Positions 28,002-38,587 of a stretch of DNA of 64,000 nt are shown here, piece after piece. Each line of letters begins with the position of its first letter. Position 1 is the stretch's first letter. Under the pieces are notes generated by a model. It made no database searches. It saw nothing but the letters and a program-made list of their open reading frames with translations, and was not told where the DNA came from. A program made the translations under genes and the position numbers. Source of the stretch: Sulfurovum sp. (GTDB taxonomy: Bacteria; Campylobacterota; Campylobacteria; Campylobacterales; Sulfurovaceae); contig JAAXPZ010000006.1 of the NCBI GenBank assembly GCA_012329065.1, positions 12,877 through 76,876 of the forward strand. Reading direction: 5' to 3'.

Positions 28002-28040
28002 TAGATTTTGAGCTTCAAATCAAAAAAAGAGATAATGATC

Positions 28041-29036
28041 TCAAATCATCTCCACCGATCTCTCTCCTGCCTCTAGCTTTCCTATCACATATCCATCTGT
28101 TGCGGCAAGTATTGCATCTACATTTTCAGGCTCTAAAACCCAAACCATGCCCACTCCCATATTGAATGCTCTGAACATTTCGTCTCTCTCTACATGCTCT
28201 CCTATAAACTCAAAAATGGGTAGCACATTTATGGCATCTTCGTTTACAATGGCTTGAACTCCCTCTGGCAACACTCTAGGAAGATTCTCTACTATACCAC
28301 CACCCGTAATGTGTGCAAGAGCTACAATCTTGTCTCTGTTTGCCTTGAATTCCTTGACATAAATTCTAGTTGGTTCTAGGAGTGTATCGATAAGTGGCTT
28401 TCCCCCAAAATCATCATCTAGCTTCATGTCAAGCTTTTCGAAAAATAATTTGCGAACCAAAGAGTATCCGTTGGAGTGTACACCAGAGCTAGGTAGTGCT
28501 ATTAGGGCCTGACCTGGCCTAACCAAGGACACCCTATCCATCTCGCTTCGTTCTGCTATTCCCACTGCAAAGCCCGCTAGGTCAAAATCATCATCACTAT
28601 ACATTCCTGGCATCTCTGCTGTCTCGCCGCCCACCAAAGCACATTCGCTTCTACGACATCCCTCTGCTATGCCTGCAACAACTGCTTGAGCATTTTGAGG
28701 CAGCAGCTTGCCAGTGGCATAATAATCCAAAAAAAACATCGGTGTACCGAAATTACATATGAGGTCATTGACACACATAGCCACAAGATCTATGCCTACA
28801 GTGTTTAGTCTTTCGCTTTCTATTGCAAGCTTTAGCTTGGTTCCTACGCCATCAGTAGCTGAGAGGATTACTGGCTCCTTATATCCCGAGGGCAGAGCAT
28901 ACGCACCAGCAAAAGATCCTATGCCCCCTATGACATTGCTATCAAATGTAGACTTTACATCATTTTTGATCGCCTCTACAAAAGCATTACCTGCATCTAT
29001 ATCTACACCTGAATCTTTATATGAGATTGTTGCCAT
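28041..29036 (-). CDS. purM: Phosphoribosylformylglycinamidine cyclo-ligase (AIR synthetase)
   Basis: SYKDSGVDIDAGN, DGVGTK and GGETAEMPG blocks. Confidence 0.95.
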   Translation of the reverse strand: MATISYKDSGVDIDAGNAFVEAIKNDVKSTFDSNVIGGIGSFAGAYALPSGYKEPVILSATDGVGTKLKLAIESERLNTVGIDLVAMCVNDLICNFGTPMFFLDYYATGKLLPQNAQAVVAGIAEGCRRSECALVGGETAEMPGMYSDDDFDLAGFAVGIAERSEMDRVSLVRPGQALIALPSSGVHSNGYSLVRKLFFEKLDMKLDDDFGGKPLIDTLLEPTRIYVKEFKANRDKIVALAHITGGGIVENLPRVLPEGVQAIVNEDAINVLPIFEFIGEHVERDEMFRAFNMGVGMVWVLEPENVDAILAATDGYVIGKLEAGERSVEMI

Positions 29037-29251
29037 TAATTCTCTTTTTCTATTTTATTTTCATTACACTGTGGCAATATCGCTTTGAGTATCAGTAGCC
29101 CTGGGCAAAAACCAGTAAGCCCAGCGATGAGTAGCATCACCATCATAAAAAGCATTAACAAAAATGCTATTTGAATCATACCTGACCCTGCCACCCCATG
29201 ATAAGACCCAAAATTATAGCCTGGATAATCCTCTGCATTCTCTCTGCACAC
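29036..29251 (-). CDS. Small membrane protein, DUF2892/YgaP-like (tentative)
   Basis: C-terminal LIAGLTGFCPGLLILKA resembles the DUF2892 G.TGFCP motif. The start is uncertain, with an internal Met at 29179. Confidence 0.4.
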   Translation of the reverse strand: MCRENAEDYPGYNFGSYHGVAGSGMIQIAFLLMLFMMVMLLIAGLTGFCPGLLILKAILPQCNENKIEKEN

Positions 29252-29294
29252 ATCATTAGATAACCTTTGTAATGTTTTGCGTATTATATCTAAA

Positions 29295-29609
29295 TTAGCT
29301 GTCGAGTTTGCGACCTAATTTGGCTTCAACAGAGCCTATTTTCTTCTCCAGCCTGCCGACTGGACCATCTCTCCAGTCAATCTTAATAGAGCTATATACT
29401 CGTCCGCAGTCTTTCTGCAATTCTTCATATGCTTCATTAATGACTGCCAAGACCTCTGCTACCGTCTCACCCTCTATAATCGTACCCATAGGCGTAAGCT
29501 GATAAGGCAAGCCACTTTTGTCAACTATATCCAACACTCTTGCTACAAAAGCACTTTTGCTTTGGGTTTGTTCTGTGGGAAACATGGAGAATTCTACTAA
29601 TGCTGACAT
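29295..29609 (-). CDS. MTH1187/YkoF-like (UPF0045) thiamine-binding family protein
   Basis: VEFSMFP...GLPYQLTPMGTIIEGE pattern. Start set to ATG at 29609, which has AAAGGA upstream. Confidence 0.75.
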   Translation of the reverse strand: MSALVEFSMFPTEQTQSKSAFVARVLDIVDKSGLPYQLTPMGTIIEGETVAEVLAVINEAYEELQKDCGRVYSSIKIDWRDGPVGRLEKKIGSVEAKLGRKLDS

Positions 29610-29669
29610 TTTGATCCTTTTGTTAGACAAGTACAAGAGCTTGCCCTGTAATAATTGGTATAATATCGT

Positions 29670-30884
29670 ATGAATGATGAAATGATGATAATCATCGGGG
29701 CGGGAGCTGCTGGTCTTTGTGCTGCTATTGTTAGAGCTAGAGTAGGGCAGTCCGTTACTCTACTAGAACAAAACAACAAAATAGGCAAAAAAATCCTTGT
29801 CTCGGGTAATGGGAAATGCAACATAGACAACAAATATATACATGCAAATCGTTTTCACTCACAAAACCCTCAATTTGTAGAAGACATTTTGGAGGGCTAT
29901 GACTTTGAGATTGTAGAAAAGTTTTTTACCTCCATTGGATTAGAACTCATAGAGGGCAAAGAGGGGAAGATGTTTCCTATGTCTTTACAGGCATCTTCTG
30001 TGGTAGAACTTTTAGAATATGAAGCCAAAAGGGCAGGGGTACAAATACTTCGTAACTGTGCCGTGACAAACATTGACAAAGTTGACAATGTATTTACACT
30101 TGAGACAACACAAGGTAACAAAAAATGCCAACAGCTAGTCATAGCTTCAGGCTCTCCTGCTGCCCCACATTTGGGTGGCTCTAACGCGGGCTATGCTTTT
30201 GCTACCAAGATGGGGCACTCTCTCATACCAAGACACCCAAGCCTTGTACAGCTTTGCTCCGATGAGTCATGGGTAAAAGGCTGTGCAGGTGTAAAAGTAG
30301 CAGGACTTGCCAAACTCTATGCCAATGGTGAATACATCAGCGAAAAAAAGGGTGATTTACTCTTCACCAACTATGGCATAAGTGGACTAGCCATCTTAGA
30401 CCTAAGCCGTGAAGCAAGCACAAGACTAGCAAGTTTTGACTACTGTGAACTAAACCTTGACCTCATGCCCGAACTTAGTAAAGAGAAGCTCACCAACCTA
30501 CTACTAGGCAGAGTACGAGAACACAGCGAAAAGCCCTTAACACTTTGGCTACAAGGTGTGCTAAACAAAAAGCTCATACCCATCATACTAGAGCAGTCCA
30601 AATGCAAAGTACGCACAGAAGATGCCCTAACCAGAAAAGAGATAAACAAACTTGTACACGCCATAAAAAACCTAAAACTAAGCATCTCAGACACCAAAGG
30701 TTTCAAAGGTGCAGAAGTAGCCACAGGAGGTATAGATACAACAGGAGTCAATCCTCACACAATGGAGTCAAAACTTGTACCCAATCTTTACTTTATAGGA
30801 GAGATACTTGATGTCGATGGAGATAGGGGAGGGTTTAATTTTCATTTTGCTTGGGTGACAGGATTAAAGGCAGGAGTTTTGTAG
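29670..30884 (+). CDS. HI0933/BaiN-like NAD(P)/FAD-dependent oxidoreductase
   Basis: Dinucleotide motif IIGAGAAGLCAA, GNGKCN, and C-terminal GGFNF..AW.TG. Confidence 0.85.
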   Translation: MNDEMMIIIGAGAAGLCAAIVRARVGQSVTLLEQNNKIGKKILVSGNGKCNIDNKYIHANRFHSQNPQFVEDILEGYDFEIVEKFFTSIGLELIEGKEGKMFPMSLQASSVVELLEYEAKRAGVQILRNCAVTNIDKVDNVFTLETTQGNKKCQQLVIASGSPAAPHLGGSNAGYAFATKMGHSLIPRHPSLVQLCSDESWVKGCAGVKVAGLAKLYANGEYISEKKGDLLFTNYGISGLAILDLSREASTRLASFDYCELNLDLMPELSKEKLTNLLLGRVREHSEKPLTLWLQGVLNKKLIPIILEQSKCKVRTEDALTRKEINKLVHAIKNLKLSISDTKGFKGAEVATGGIDTTGVNPHTMESKLVPNLYFIGEILDVDGDRGGFNFHFAWVTGLKAGVL

Positions 30885-30908
30885 GGTGTAGTCGTGGACT
30901 ACACCCTA
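30882..30908. terminator. Perfect 12-bp hairpin between convergent genes (bidirectional terminator candidate)
   Basis: TAGGGTGTAGTC-GTG-GACTACACCCTA. It includes the TAG stop of the oxidoreductase gene and ends 5 nt from the typA stop. There is no clear U tract on either side. Confidence 0.55.
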
Positions 30909-30912
30909 CAAG

Positions 30913-32730
30913 TTACTTGGAATTCTTTTTATCTCTTGTTGCTCTTTTTCTAACAACTGGATCTAAGTTCTTCTTGCGAATCCTTACAGACTCTGGGGTG
31001 ATCTCTACCAGCTCATCATCCTCTATCCATTCCATTGCTGACTCCAGAGTGATGGCTCTAGGAGTGACAAGCTTGATAGCATCATCAGCTCCTGAGGTTC
31101 TCATGTTTGTAAGGGCTTTACCCTTTAGAGGGTTTACATCTAGGTCGCCTGGTCTAGCACTCTCGCCGATAACCATACCTGAGTAGACTTTGTCTTGTGG
31201 GCTGATAAAAAGTGCACCTCTTACTTGCAGGTTGAAGATGGAGAAAGCTACTGCTTCGCCATTCTCCGTAGAGACCAAGGCACCAGGTGTTCTGGACTCA
31301 ACTGTTCCAGTGTAAGGCCTATACTCTAGATAAGAGTGGTTCATGATACCTTCACCCTTGGTATCAGTCAAAAACTCCGATCTAAAACCGATAAGTCCCC
31401 GTGCTGGGATCTCGAACTCGAGTCTTACTGTGCCGTCTGGCATAGGTGTAAGCAGGGTCATGTTTGCTTTTCTTTTGCCTAGTTTTTCTATGGCTACCCC
31501 CTGAAACTCCTCTGGTACATCTACCACTAGATGCTCGAATGGCTCCATCTTTACACCATTGTCTTCTTTTGTCACAACTTCTGGGCGAGCGAGCATAAAC
31601 TCAAAACCCTCTCTTCTCATATTCTCCGCCAATATACCAATCTGCAATTCTCCTCTACCTGACACCTTGAAAGACGCATCTCCCATAGGCTCCATACGCA
31701 TCGCTATATTTGTCTCCATCTCTTTTTCAAGACGCTCTTTGATTTTGTTAGAAGTAACATGTTTACCTTCTTGTCCTGCAAGAGGACCATTGTTGACAGA
31801 CATGATAACAGAAAGTGTAGGCTCTTCCACATGCATCGGGTCGAGTGCTACTGGGTTTTGTGCATCACATACAGAATCTCCCACATCTATATCATTAAAT
31901 CCAGCGATTGCAACGATATCTCCAGCTTCTGCTTCTTCGATATCTATACGCTCAAGACCTTTAAATCCTATAAGCTTAGATATGCGAGATTTAGATTTTG
32001 CTCCACATGCTTTGACCAAAAGGTACTCGTCACCTTTTTTTACTTTACCATTGAAAATACGCGTAATTCCTATACGGCCAACAAAATTGTCGCTATCGAG
32101 CGTAAACACCTGTGCTTGAGTATCTGCATCTGCTGAGCCTTGCGGATAAGGTACTTTTTCTAAAATAGCTTCAAATAGCGGTGTCATGTCTTTATTTTCA
32201 TCTTCCATTTCCCACTTCGCATAACCGTCTCGTGCTGCGGCGTAAAGTACTGGAAAATCAAGTTGCTCTTCGTTTGCATCTAAGGCAACAAGCAAGTCAA
32301 ATACTTCGTCCATGACTCTGTCTGGATCTGAACCATCTTTATCAATTTTGTTGATAACCACTACAGGAATAAGCCCAAAAGCAATGGCTTTTTTAAGTAC
32401 AAATTTAGTCTGTGGCATTACACCTTCTTGTGCATCTACCAAAAGAAGTACACCATCTACCATTTTGAGTACCCGCTCAACTTCACCACCGAAATCGGCG
32501 TGACCTGGGGTATCTATGATATTAATCTTGTGATTACCGTAGTGAATGGCTGTATTTTTGGAGAGGATTGTAATGCCTCTCTCTTTTTCAATAGCGTCAG
32601 AGTCCATAGCTCTCTCTTCTATTTGCTGATGTGCTTCAAAAGTTCCAGATTGTTGCAATAGCTCATCTACTAGTGTTGTTTTCCCATGATCGACATGGGC
32701 AATGACGGCAATATTTTTAATTTTTTGCAT
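30913..32730 (-). CDS. typA: Translational GTPase TypA/BipA
   Basis: [17 protein letters not shown] and NKID G-motifs. 605 aa with EF-G-like domain order. Confidence 0.95.
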   Translation of the reverse strand: MQKIKNIAVIAHVDHGKTTLVDELLQQSGTFEAHQQIEERAMDSDAIEKERGITILSKNTAIHYGNHKINIIDTPGHADFGGEVERVLKMVDGVLLLVDAQEGVMPQTKFVLKKAIAFGLIPVVVINKIDKDGSDPDRVMDEVFDLLVALDANEEQLDFPVLYAAARDGYAKWEMEDENKDMTPLFEAILEKVPYPQGSADADTQAQVFTLDSDNFVGRIGITRIFNGKVKKGDEYLLVKACGAKSKSRISKLIGFKGLERIDIEEAEAGDIVAIAGFNDIDVGDSVCDAQNPVALDPMHVEEPTLSVIMSVNNGPLAGQEGKHVTSNKIKERLEKEMETNIAMRMEPMGDASFKVSGRGELQIGILAENMRREGFEFMLARPEVVTKEDNGVKMEPFEHLVVDVPEEFQGVAIEKLGKRKANMTLLTPMPDGTVRLEFEIPARGLIGFRSEFLTDTKGEGIMNHSYLEYRPYTGTVESRTPGALVSTENGEAVAFSIFNLQVRGALFISPQDKVYSGMVIGESARPGDLDVNPLKGKALTNMRTSGADDAIKLVTPRAITLESAMEWIEDDELVEITPESVRIRKKNLDPVVRKRATRDKKNSK

Positions 32731-32803
32731 TAGTTGTTTCCTGCTGTGATTAGCTTAGTGGCAAGCTTCTTTGTTATTTCGCGAATTATATCTAAAATTT
32801 CTT

Positions 32804-33907
32804 CTACTTAGAAAACCCATTTAATTCATGATACAGCTTCAGTGCATACCTATCTGTCATAGAGGCGATATAATCAGCCACTACTCGATGCTGTGGTTTT
32901 GCTTGCAGGAGCAACTTATGTCTTGGAGGCAATAAGTCTGCCTCCTCTGTCAGTGCGGTGTAGAGACCTCTGATGCACTGCTTTCCTGCGTACATCTTGC
33001 TAACTATCTGATCATGTCGATATAGCTTGTAAAAAAGAAGCTTTTTGAGTTTTTTGAGTTGGGTGGTTGTGCCTCTAGAAAAGCCAAGAGGAAGAGTCAA
33101 GCTTGCATCTAGCGTATTCACTATAGGCATATCTTTACGGTACTGCTCGGCTCCTTCTTTAGAATATCCTATAAAATCTTCTACTAGTATTTTAATCAGT
33201 CCAGCTACAAAACGATGTCTATAGAGCCTATCATTTCTTGATACTCCCTCTATGAGAACCATTTCATCCACTCTTTGACATAGCTCATCTTCTCTCAAAT
33301 CATCGAAGCTTATTAGCCCGTACTTAACCCCATCATCAATATCATGAGAAGTATATGCTATCTCATCAGCGTGATCAACTACCATTGCCTCCAAAGATGG
33401 ATGCTTTTGAAGATTAAATTTCTCATCAAGTCCACTTAAAAAAGGTTTCTTATAGGGAAAGGAGTGCTTAAGAACGCCCTCTAAAGATGCAAAAGTCAGA
33501 TTTAACCCATCAAAATCTTCATAGCGTTTCTCTAGTTTTGTCAAAACTCTAAAAGATTGGAAATTATGCTCAAAGCCCATATGGTGACCGTCTGCTTTAA
33601 GTAAAATATCTAACTCATCTCCACCAACATGACCGAAAGGAGTATGCCCCAAATCATGCGATAGTGCAATCGTCTCTGCCAAGGTTTCGTTAAGTACAAG
33701 CATACGAGACAGCGTGCGAGCTATCTGACTCACTTCTAAAGAGTGTGTAAGCCTAGTACGAAAATAGTCTCCTTCATGATTTAAAAAAACCTGAGTCTTA
33801 TACTCTAGCCTTCTAAATGAAGAACAATGTAGTACCCTGTCTCTATCCCTAGAGTAAGGATCTCTAAAATCCTCTTTGAAGTCATGAAATCTCTGTTGTG
33901 GTTCCAT
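32804..33907 (-). CDS. dgt: dGTP triphosphohydrolase-like HD-domain protein
   Basis: RTRLTHSLEV and HDLGHTPFGH motifs. Confidence 0.88.
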   Translation of the reverse strand: MEPQQRFHDFKEDFRDPYSRDRDRVLHCSSFRRLEYKTQVFLNHEGDYFRTRLTHSLEVSQIARTLSRMLVLNETLAETIALSHDLGHTPFGHVGGDELDILLKADGHHMGFEHNFQSFRVLTKLEKRYEDFDGLNLTFASLEGVLKHSFPYKKPFLSGLDEKFNLQKHPSLEAMVVDHADEIAYTSHDIDDGVKYGLISFDDLREDELCQRVDEMVLIEGVSRNDRLYRHRFVAGLIKILVEDFIGYSKEGAEQYRKDMPIVNTLDASLTLPLGFSRGTTTQLKKLKKLLFYKLYRHDQIVSKMYAGKQCIRGLYTALTEEADLLPPRHKLLLQAKPQHRVVADYIASMTDRYALKLYHELNGFSK

Positions 33908-33928
33908 TAATGCAGTCCTAGTTTATTT

Positions 33929-33937
33929 TGCTATAAT
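33929..33937 (+). promoter_or_regulatory. Extended -10 promoter element (TGCTATAAT) upstream of thyX
   Basis: TGnTATAAT at 33929-33937, 27 nt before the ATG at 33965. Confidence 0.45.
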
Positions 33938-33964
33938 TGTATCAAAATAAACGGGAATTGTTTC

Positions 33965-34810
33965 ATGGAAATAACGCAAATGTATCATATAAACTATAAA
34001 AAGCCCAAAGTCACACTTCTACAAGAGTCTGGACTTGGAGTTGCTGAAATAGCTGCTAGAACCTGTTATGATAGCTTCGAGAACTCGGAAAATCAGTGCA
34101 TCAAGAATGCTATGGATGACCTAGATGTAAATGCCGTAAACAACATAGATGACTCTGGGCTTTTATCTAGTCTTGCATGGGTACACCACCACCACTCCAT
34201 TATAGAACATGCTACTCTAAGCTTCCTGATACAAGGCACTAGCAGAGGTGTCTTGCAAGAGCATGCCAGACATAGAATTCAGGCTATCTCCGTACGCAGT
34301 ACCCGCTATACTATGTCTGGAGTTCTCAATGCCTTTGTTGCATCTTTTGAGGCAGATGATAGCTTTGGCTTCTTTTTGGAGAAAGTGCTAGATTTTGATA
34401 TGTTTGTAATCACAGACAAAGAGTACCTTACTATCGAAGTGAGAGCAATATACGACAAGCTTATGCTTCAATACAAAAGAGATGATGAGTTTCTCAAAAA
34501 TTCTATAGCCAAATCATCTTTAGTGTCCATAGATGAGTATAAATCAGATGCCCAAGGGCTATTTGAGGCATTGCAGAGTGGCAAAAAGAAAAGAAATGTA
34601 GGGGATGGGTTCAAACATGTTGTCTCTGATAACTGGAAAGTTGATATGGTAGTTACATTTAACATACGAAGCCTAAAAAACTATTTTGATCTTAGAGATA
34701 GCGGTGCTGCATGGTTCCAAATCAAGTGGCTTGCACAAGAGATGAAAAAGGTTACCCCAAGAAAATATCTCAGACTAATAGATAAAAAATACCGAAGAGA
34801 TAAGGACTAA
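33965..34810 (+). CDS. thyX: FAD-dependent thymidylate synthase
   Basis: ThyX motif RHRIQAISVRSTRY plus ARTCYDS and HHSIIEH. Confidence 0.85.
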   Translation: MEITQMYHINYKKPKVTLLQESGLGVAEIAARTCYDSFENSENQCIKNAMDDLDVNAVNNIDDSGLLSSLAWVHHHHSIIEHATLSFLIQGTSRGVLQEHARHRIQAISVRSTRYTMSGVLNAFVASFEADDSFGFFLEKVLDFDMFVITDKEYLTIEVRAIYDKLMLQYKRDDEFLKNSIAKSSLVSIDEYKSDAQGLFEALQSGKKKRNVGDGFKHVVSDNWKVDMVVTFNIRSLKNYFDLRDSGAAWFQIKWLAQEMKKVTPRKYLRLIDKKYRRDKD

Positions 34811-34814
34811 CAAT

Positions 34815-36479
34815 TTGTATTATTTAAAATTCATACTTTTTACAGTGATTCTACTGTTGCCCATATCTGTCAATGCACAGCTACCTATAAAAGATAATAT
34901 CGCTAGCTATATCAAATCTGGTTCTAGAGCCACTGTAAATGCTCTCTATGAGGCAAATAACTATAATCCTCTTTGGATTGGTAGTGAAAATTCAAAACAA
35001 TTTTCTCAGCTTTTAAGGGCCTTGGGCAATCCACTATTTAACTATAAATATAAACAGCTAAATCAAGACAAAATTATCGATCTAGCACTACAAGACGAAA
35101 ACAATGCCAAACTAGACATTCTTGCTACAGAAGCATACCTAAAACTAATCCATTTCATCAGGGCTGGGGATGTAGATTGGGCACTGGTCAAAAGAAAACT
35201 ACATGGACTCAAAACCTCTCAAGATGTACATGCCACATGGGAGATAAGCCCAAAATCTATGCCATCTTCTGACAGCATACTCAGCTCCATACAAAATAAA
35301 AATATAAAGGGATACCTCAGCTCACTTCTTCCGCTTGTAGGTCAGTATAAACCACTAGTCATCATGCTGGAGAGGTATAGAAACATGCCAAGCCTTGGCA
35401 AGATTCAATATGGAAAAATACTCAAAAAAGGCAGGCAAGATAGCAGGATACGGACTATCAAAAAACTTCTACAGTTTACTGGCGATTTTCCAAAAAATGA
35501 AAGTACAGGAACAGGATATACCAAAAGTCTGAGCCGTGCCATAATCAGCTTTAAAAATAGATTCAACCTCGCCAAAGGTGACTATATCGACAACAAAGTA
35601 ATCAACTATCTAAATACTAGCAAACAAGAGTACATCAAAAAAATCACAACAAACCTAGATATGCTCAAGCTCCAGCCACATAGATTTGAGGCAAATCATG
35701 TACAGATTAATGTACCAGAATTCAAGCTCAGATACTATCAGGGTGGTGCAGAGGCTTTCTCTAGTGATATTGTTGTGGGTCGCATAGACAGACCAACACC
35801 GATATTTAATGATAAAATAGAATATTTGGTACTCAATCCTACATGGACTCTAACAGACAATCTTGTGAAAAAAGATCTCATACCTATGCTCAAAGAAAAT
35901 CCAAACTATCTCAAAGAGAACAATATGCGAGTTTTTACATCATACAAAAAAGATGCAAAAGAATCTCCTCTGAATCTGCAAAAACTTTTTAGCTACGAGC
36001 ACAGTAAAAAGCCTGTTCCATATAGATTTGTTCAATACCCAGGCGAAAATAATGCACTAGGTCGTGTAAAATTTATGTTCCCAAACAAATATGCAGTCTA
36101 TCTGCACGATACAGACAACAAGTCATTATTTAAGCACAGATATAGAGTCTTTAGCTCTGGATGCATGAGAGTGAAAAAACCATTTGATTTCATGTATGAA
36201 CTATTTGGAAATGCGGGTAACAGCTACTCAAAGTCAAAAATACAATCCATATTTGCCACCAATGAACCGACCACAATCAGACTCAAAAGAGCCGTGCCTG
36301 TGTATACCCTATATCAAACGGTAAGACGATCTGAGGGCAAAGATCTTTTTTTCTATGATGTATATATGTATGAACAAATCGTCAGAGAGTCAACAGCAGG
36401 CAACAAAAAAGCAACTTTTAGAGTGCCAGAAAAGAGACTTACCAAGATAAAGAGAGTACAAGGGGCTAGTGTACGATAA
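34815..36479 (+). CDS. L,D-transpeptidase family protein (YcbB-like)
   Basis: Signal peptide. YkuD catalytic region YLHDT...FSSGCMRV. TTG start. Confidence 0.8.
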   Translation: MYYLKFILFTVILLLPISVNAQLPIKDNIASYIKSGSRATVNALYEANNYNPLWIGSENSKQFSQLLRALGNPLFNYKYKQLNQDKIIDLALQDENNAKLDILATEAYLKLIHFIRAGDVDWALVKRKLHGLKTSQDVHATWEISPKSMPSSDSILSSIQNKNIKGYLSSLLPLVGQYKPLVIMLERYRNMPSLGKIQYGKILKKGRQDSRIRTIKKLLQFTGDFPKNESTGTGYTKSLSRAIISFKNRFNLAKGDYIDNKVINYLNTSKQEYIKKITTNLDMLKLQPHRFEANHVQINVPEFKLRYYQGGAEAFSSDIVVGRIDRPTPIFNDKIEYLVLNPTWTLTDNLVKKDLIPMLKENPNYLKENNMRVFTSYKKDAKESPLNLQKLFSYEHSKKPVPYRFVQYPGENNALGRVKFMFPNKYAVYLHDTDNKSLFKHRYRVFSSGCMRVKKPFDFMYELFGNAGNSYSKSKIQSIFATNEPTTIRLKRAVPVYTLYQTVRRSEGKDLFFYDVYMYEQIVRESTAGNKKATFRVPEKRLTKIKRVQGASVR

Positions 36480-36956
36480 CTATCTTCTGATTTTTACTCT
36501 TTGTGCATGAGTAATAGCTATTGCCATGGCATCGGTGATATCTAGTGGTTTGATCTCTTTTTTGATCCCCAGCAGCCGTTTGACCATAAAGGCCACCTGT
36601 TCTTTGGCAGCCTTGCCATTTCCTGTGATTGCTTTTTTTACCTGTAGAGGTGTGTACTCATAGAAATAGCCTACCTCTTGCAATACTTTTAAACTCAAAG
36701 CACCCCTTATTTGTGCAAGCTTAAGTACACTTTTTGGATTAAATGCAAAAAAGATATCTTCGATGGCTACCTCATCGATGCTGTTAGAGCCTAAAATAAT
36801 ATCAATACCTTCCATTAGCTCTACAATCTGTTCTTGCAACTGGGTAGTCTTAATCTTGAGCACACCTGCTTCTATCAGTTTATATCCACTTCCGCTAAAA
36901 TCAATAATACAGTAGCCAAGATTTCTACTTCCTGGATCAATGCCTAAAATTTTCAT
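36480..36956 (-). CDS. ruvC: Holliday junction resolvase RuvC
   Basis: [14 protein letters not shown]-terminus and D.ADA-type C-terminus ([12 protein letters not shown]). Confidence 0.95.
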   Translation of the reverse strand: MKILGIDPGSRNLGYCIIDFSGSGYKLIEAGVLKIKTTQLQEQIVELMEGIDIILGSNSIDEVAIEDIFFAFNPKSVLKLAQIRGALSLKVLQEVGYFYEYTPLQVKKAITGNGKAAKEQVAFMVKRLLGIKKEIKPLDITDAMAIAITHAQRVKIRR

Positions 36957-37082
36957 TCACACCTTTGTTCACATAATCAAAAATATTTTTAGTGCTATTT
37001 CCCCCATTTTAGCACAATTGCGATAAAATCATAAAAGTTATTCACATATCTAATAGATAAAATACTATATAAATGTGAATAG
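36953..37082. promoter_or_regulatory. DnaA-box cluster in the ruvC-dnaA spacer
   Basis: TCATTCACA 36953-36961, TTGTTCACA 36965-36973, TTATTCACA 37038-37046, and TGTGAATAG 37074-37082 (reverse orientation). Confidence 0.6.
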
Positions 37083-37105
37083 ATTACTATATTATTGGAG
37101 AGACG

Positions 37106-38434
37106 ATGAGCATTGGAAAGTCTGTACTTTCAGAACTAAAAAAAGAACTCAATCAAAACGAATACGATAAATATCTAAAAAATATACATTATGATGAGAT
37201 AAATTCAAGAAGTGACATTGCTATCTTTACTGCTGCCAACATAATCATTGCAAAATGGATAAAAACAAAATACAGAGATAAAATTGCACATCTTTTTGAG
37301 ATACAAAGTGGCATCAAGCCCCAAGTGGACATCGTTGTTGGAAAAATAGACAAAAAGACAAAAAAACGCATTTCTGTCAAAGAACATAAAACTGGTACAA
37401 AAAGTACTCATCTCAATCCTTCATTTACTTTTGAAAGCTTTATAGTAGGTGGATCCAACCAGTTTGCTTATACCACAGCAAAATCTGTAGCAGAAAAACC
37501 TGGTATGCAGTACAATCCACTCTTTATATATGGAGGTGTGGGTCTTGGAAAAACACACCTTCTTCAGGCTATAGGGAACTTTCAAGTAGCTCAAGGGAAA
37601 AAAATCATATACACAACACTAGAACAGTTTATGAACAAATACATATCACATGTCAAATCACAAACTATGGATAGATTTAGAGATCATTTTAGAGAGTGTG
37701 ACCTTCTTTTAATTGATGATATTCAATTCCTTAGCAGGAAAGAGCAAACTCAAGAAGAATTCTTTCATACATTTAATGAACTTCATCATGCTAAAAAACA
37801 AATTGTCATCACTTCAGATAGACAGCCAAATAAAATTGCGGGTCTTGTAGATAGGCTTAAGAGCCGATTTGAATGGGGACTTATGGCTGATATACAGCCG
37901 CCAGAACTAGAAACCAAAATTGCCATTATAGAGAAAAAATGTGATCTTGACGGAATAAAACTCAACAATGAAATCATCAATTATATAGCTACAAATATGG
38001 GTGACAATATTCGCGAGATAGAAGGTACACTTATAAAATTAAATGCTATGAGCAGTATGTTAAACCAAGATATCACACTCGAGTTTACGAAAACTGCAAT
38101 AAAAGATCAACTAAAAGAAAAACAAGAAAATGTTAGCATTGATCATATAGTAAAGATAATATCAAAAGAGATGAATGTAAAGCCGTCAGATATTAGATCA
38201 AAAAAAAGAACTCGTAATGTAGTTAACGCAAGACGAATTGTCATCTATTTAGCACGCAATCTTACGCCAAACTCAATGCCTCAAATTGCCCAATATGTAG
38301 GAATGAAAGATCATACAGCCATATCTCATGCTATGAAAAAAATCAACGAAATTATTGAAAGTGATGAAAACTTCAAAGTACTACTTGAAGAGTTTTCAAA
38401 TAAAATAGGAACAACACCAAAGAAAAATGAATAA
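37106..38434 (+). CDS. dnaA: Chromosomal replication initiator DnaA
   Basis: AAA+ GGVGLGKTHL, LLIDDIQF, and domain IV (ARRIVIYLAR...G.KDHTAISHA). Confidence 0.97.
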   Translation: MSIGKSVLSELKKELNQNEYDKYLKNIHYDEINSRSDIAIFTAANIIIAKWIKTKYRDKIAHLFEIQSGIKPQVDIVVGKIDKKTKKRISVKEHKTGTKSTHLNPSFTFESFIVGGSNQFAYTTAKSVAEKPGMQYNPLFIYGGVGLGKTHLLQAIGNFQVAQGKKIIYTTLEQFMNKYISHVKSQTMDRFRDHFRECDLLLIDDIQFLSRKEQTQEEFFHTFNELHHAKKQIVITSDRQPNKIAGLVDRLKSRFEWGLMADIQPPELETKIAIIEKKCDLDGIKLNNEIINYIATNMGDNIREIEGTLIKLNAMSSMLNQDITLEFTKTAIKDQLKEKQENVSIDHIVKIISKEMNVKPSDIRSKKRTRNVVNARRIVIYLARNLTPNSMPQIAQYVGMKDHTAISHAMKKINEIIESDENFKVLLEEFSNKIGTTPKKNE

Positions 38435-38587
38435 AAAAAAGATATAATCTTATATGTGAAAAAGTGTGAATAAGTTAAAAATATATTATGGGTAAAATTA
38501 TTCATAATCTAGGTAGCTAGTTAGGTTTTTCACATTTTCACCAAGACCTACTACTACTACTAAATTTATTTAAAATAAGAGGGAAAA
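38435..38587. other. Probable oriC core (DnaA boxes, DnaA-trio-like repeat, AT-rich unwinding tract)
   Basis: TGTGAAAAA 38455-38463, TGTGAATAA 38465-38473, TTATTCATA 38498-38506, TTTTTCACA 38526-38534, TTTTCACCA 38535-38543, (CTA)5 38548-38562, and an AT-rich tract 38563-38580. Confidence 0.7.

Noticed and set aside
26693-28040. A genomic island or integrated element at the tRNA cluster.
   Set aside because: No integrase, no direct repeat of a tRNA 3' end, and no phage or plasmid genes. Only short decayed ORF fragments are present.
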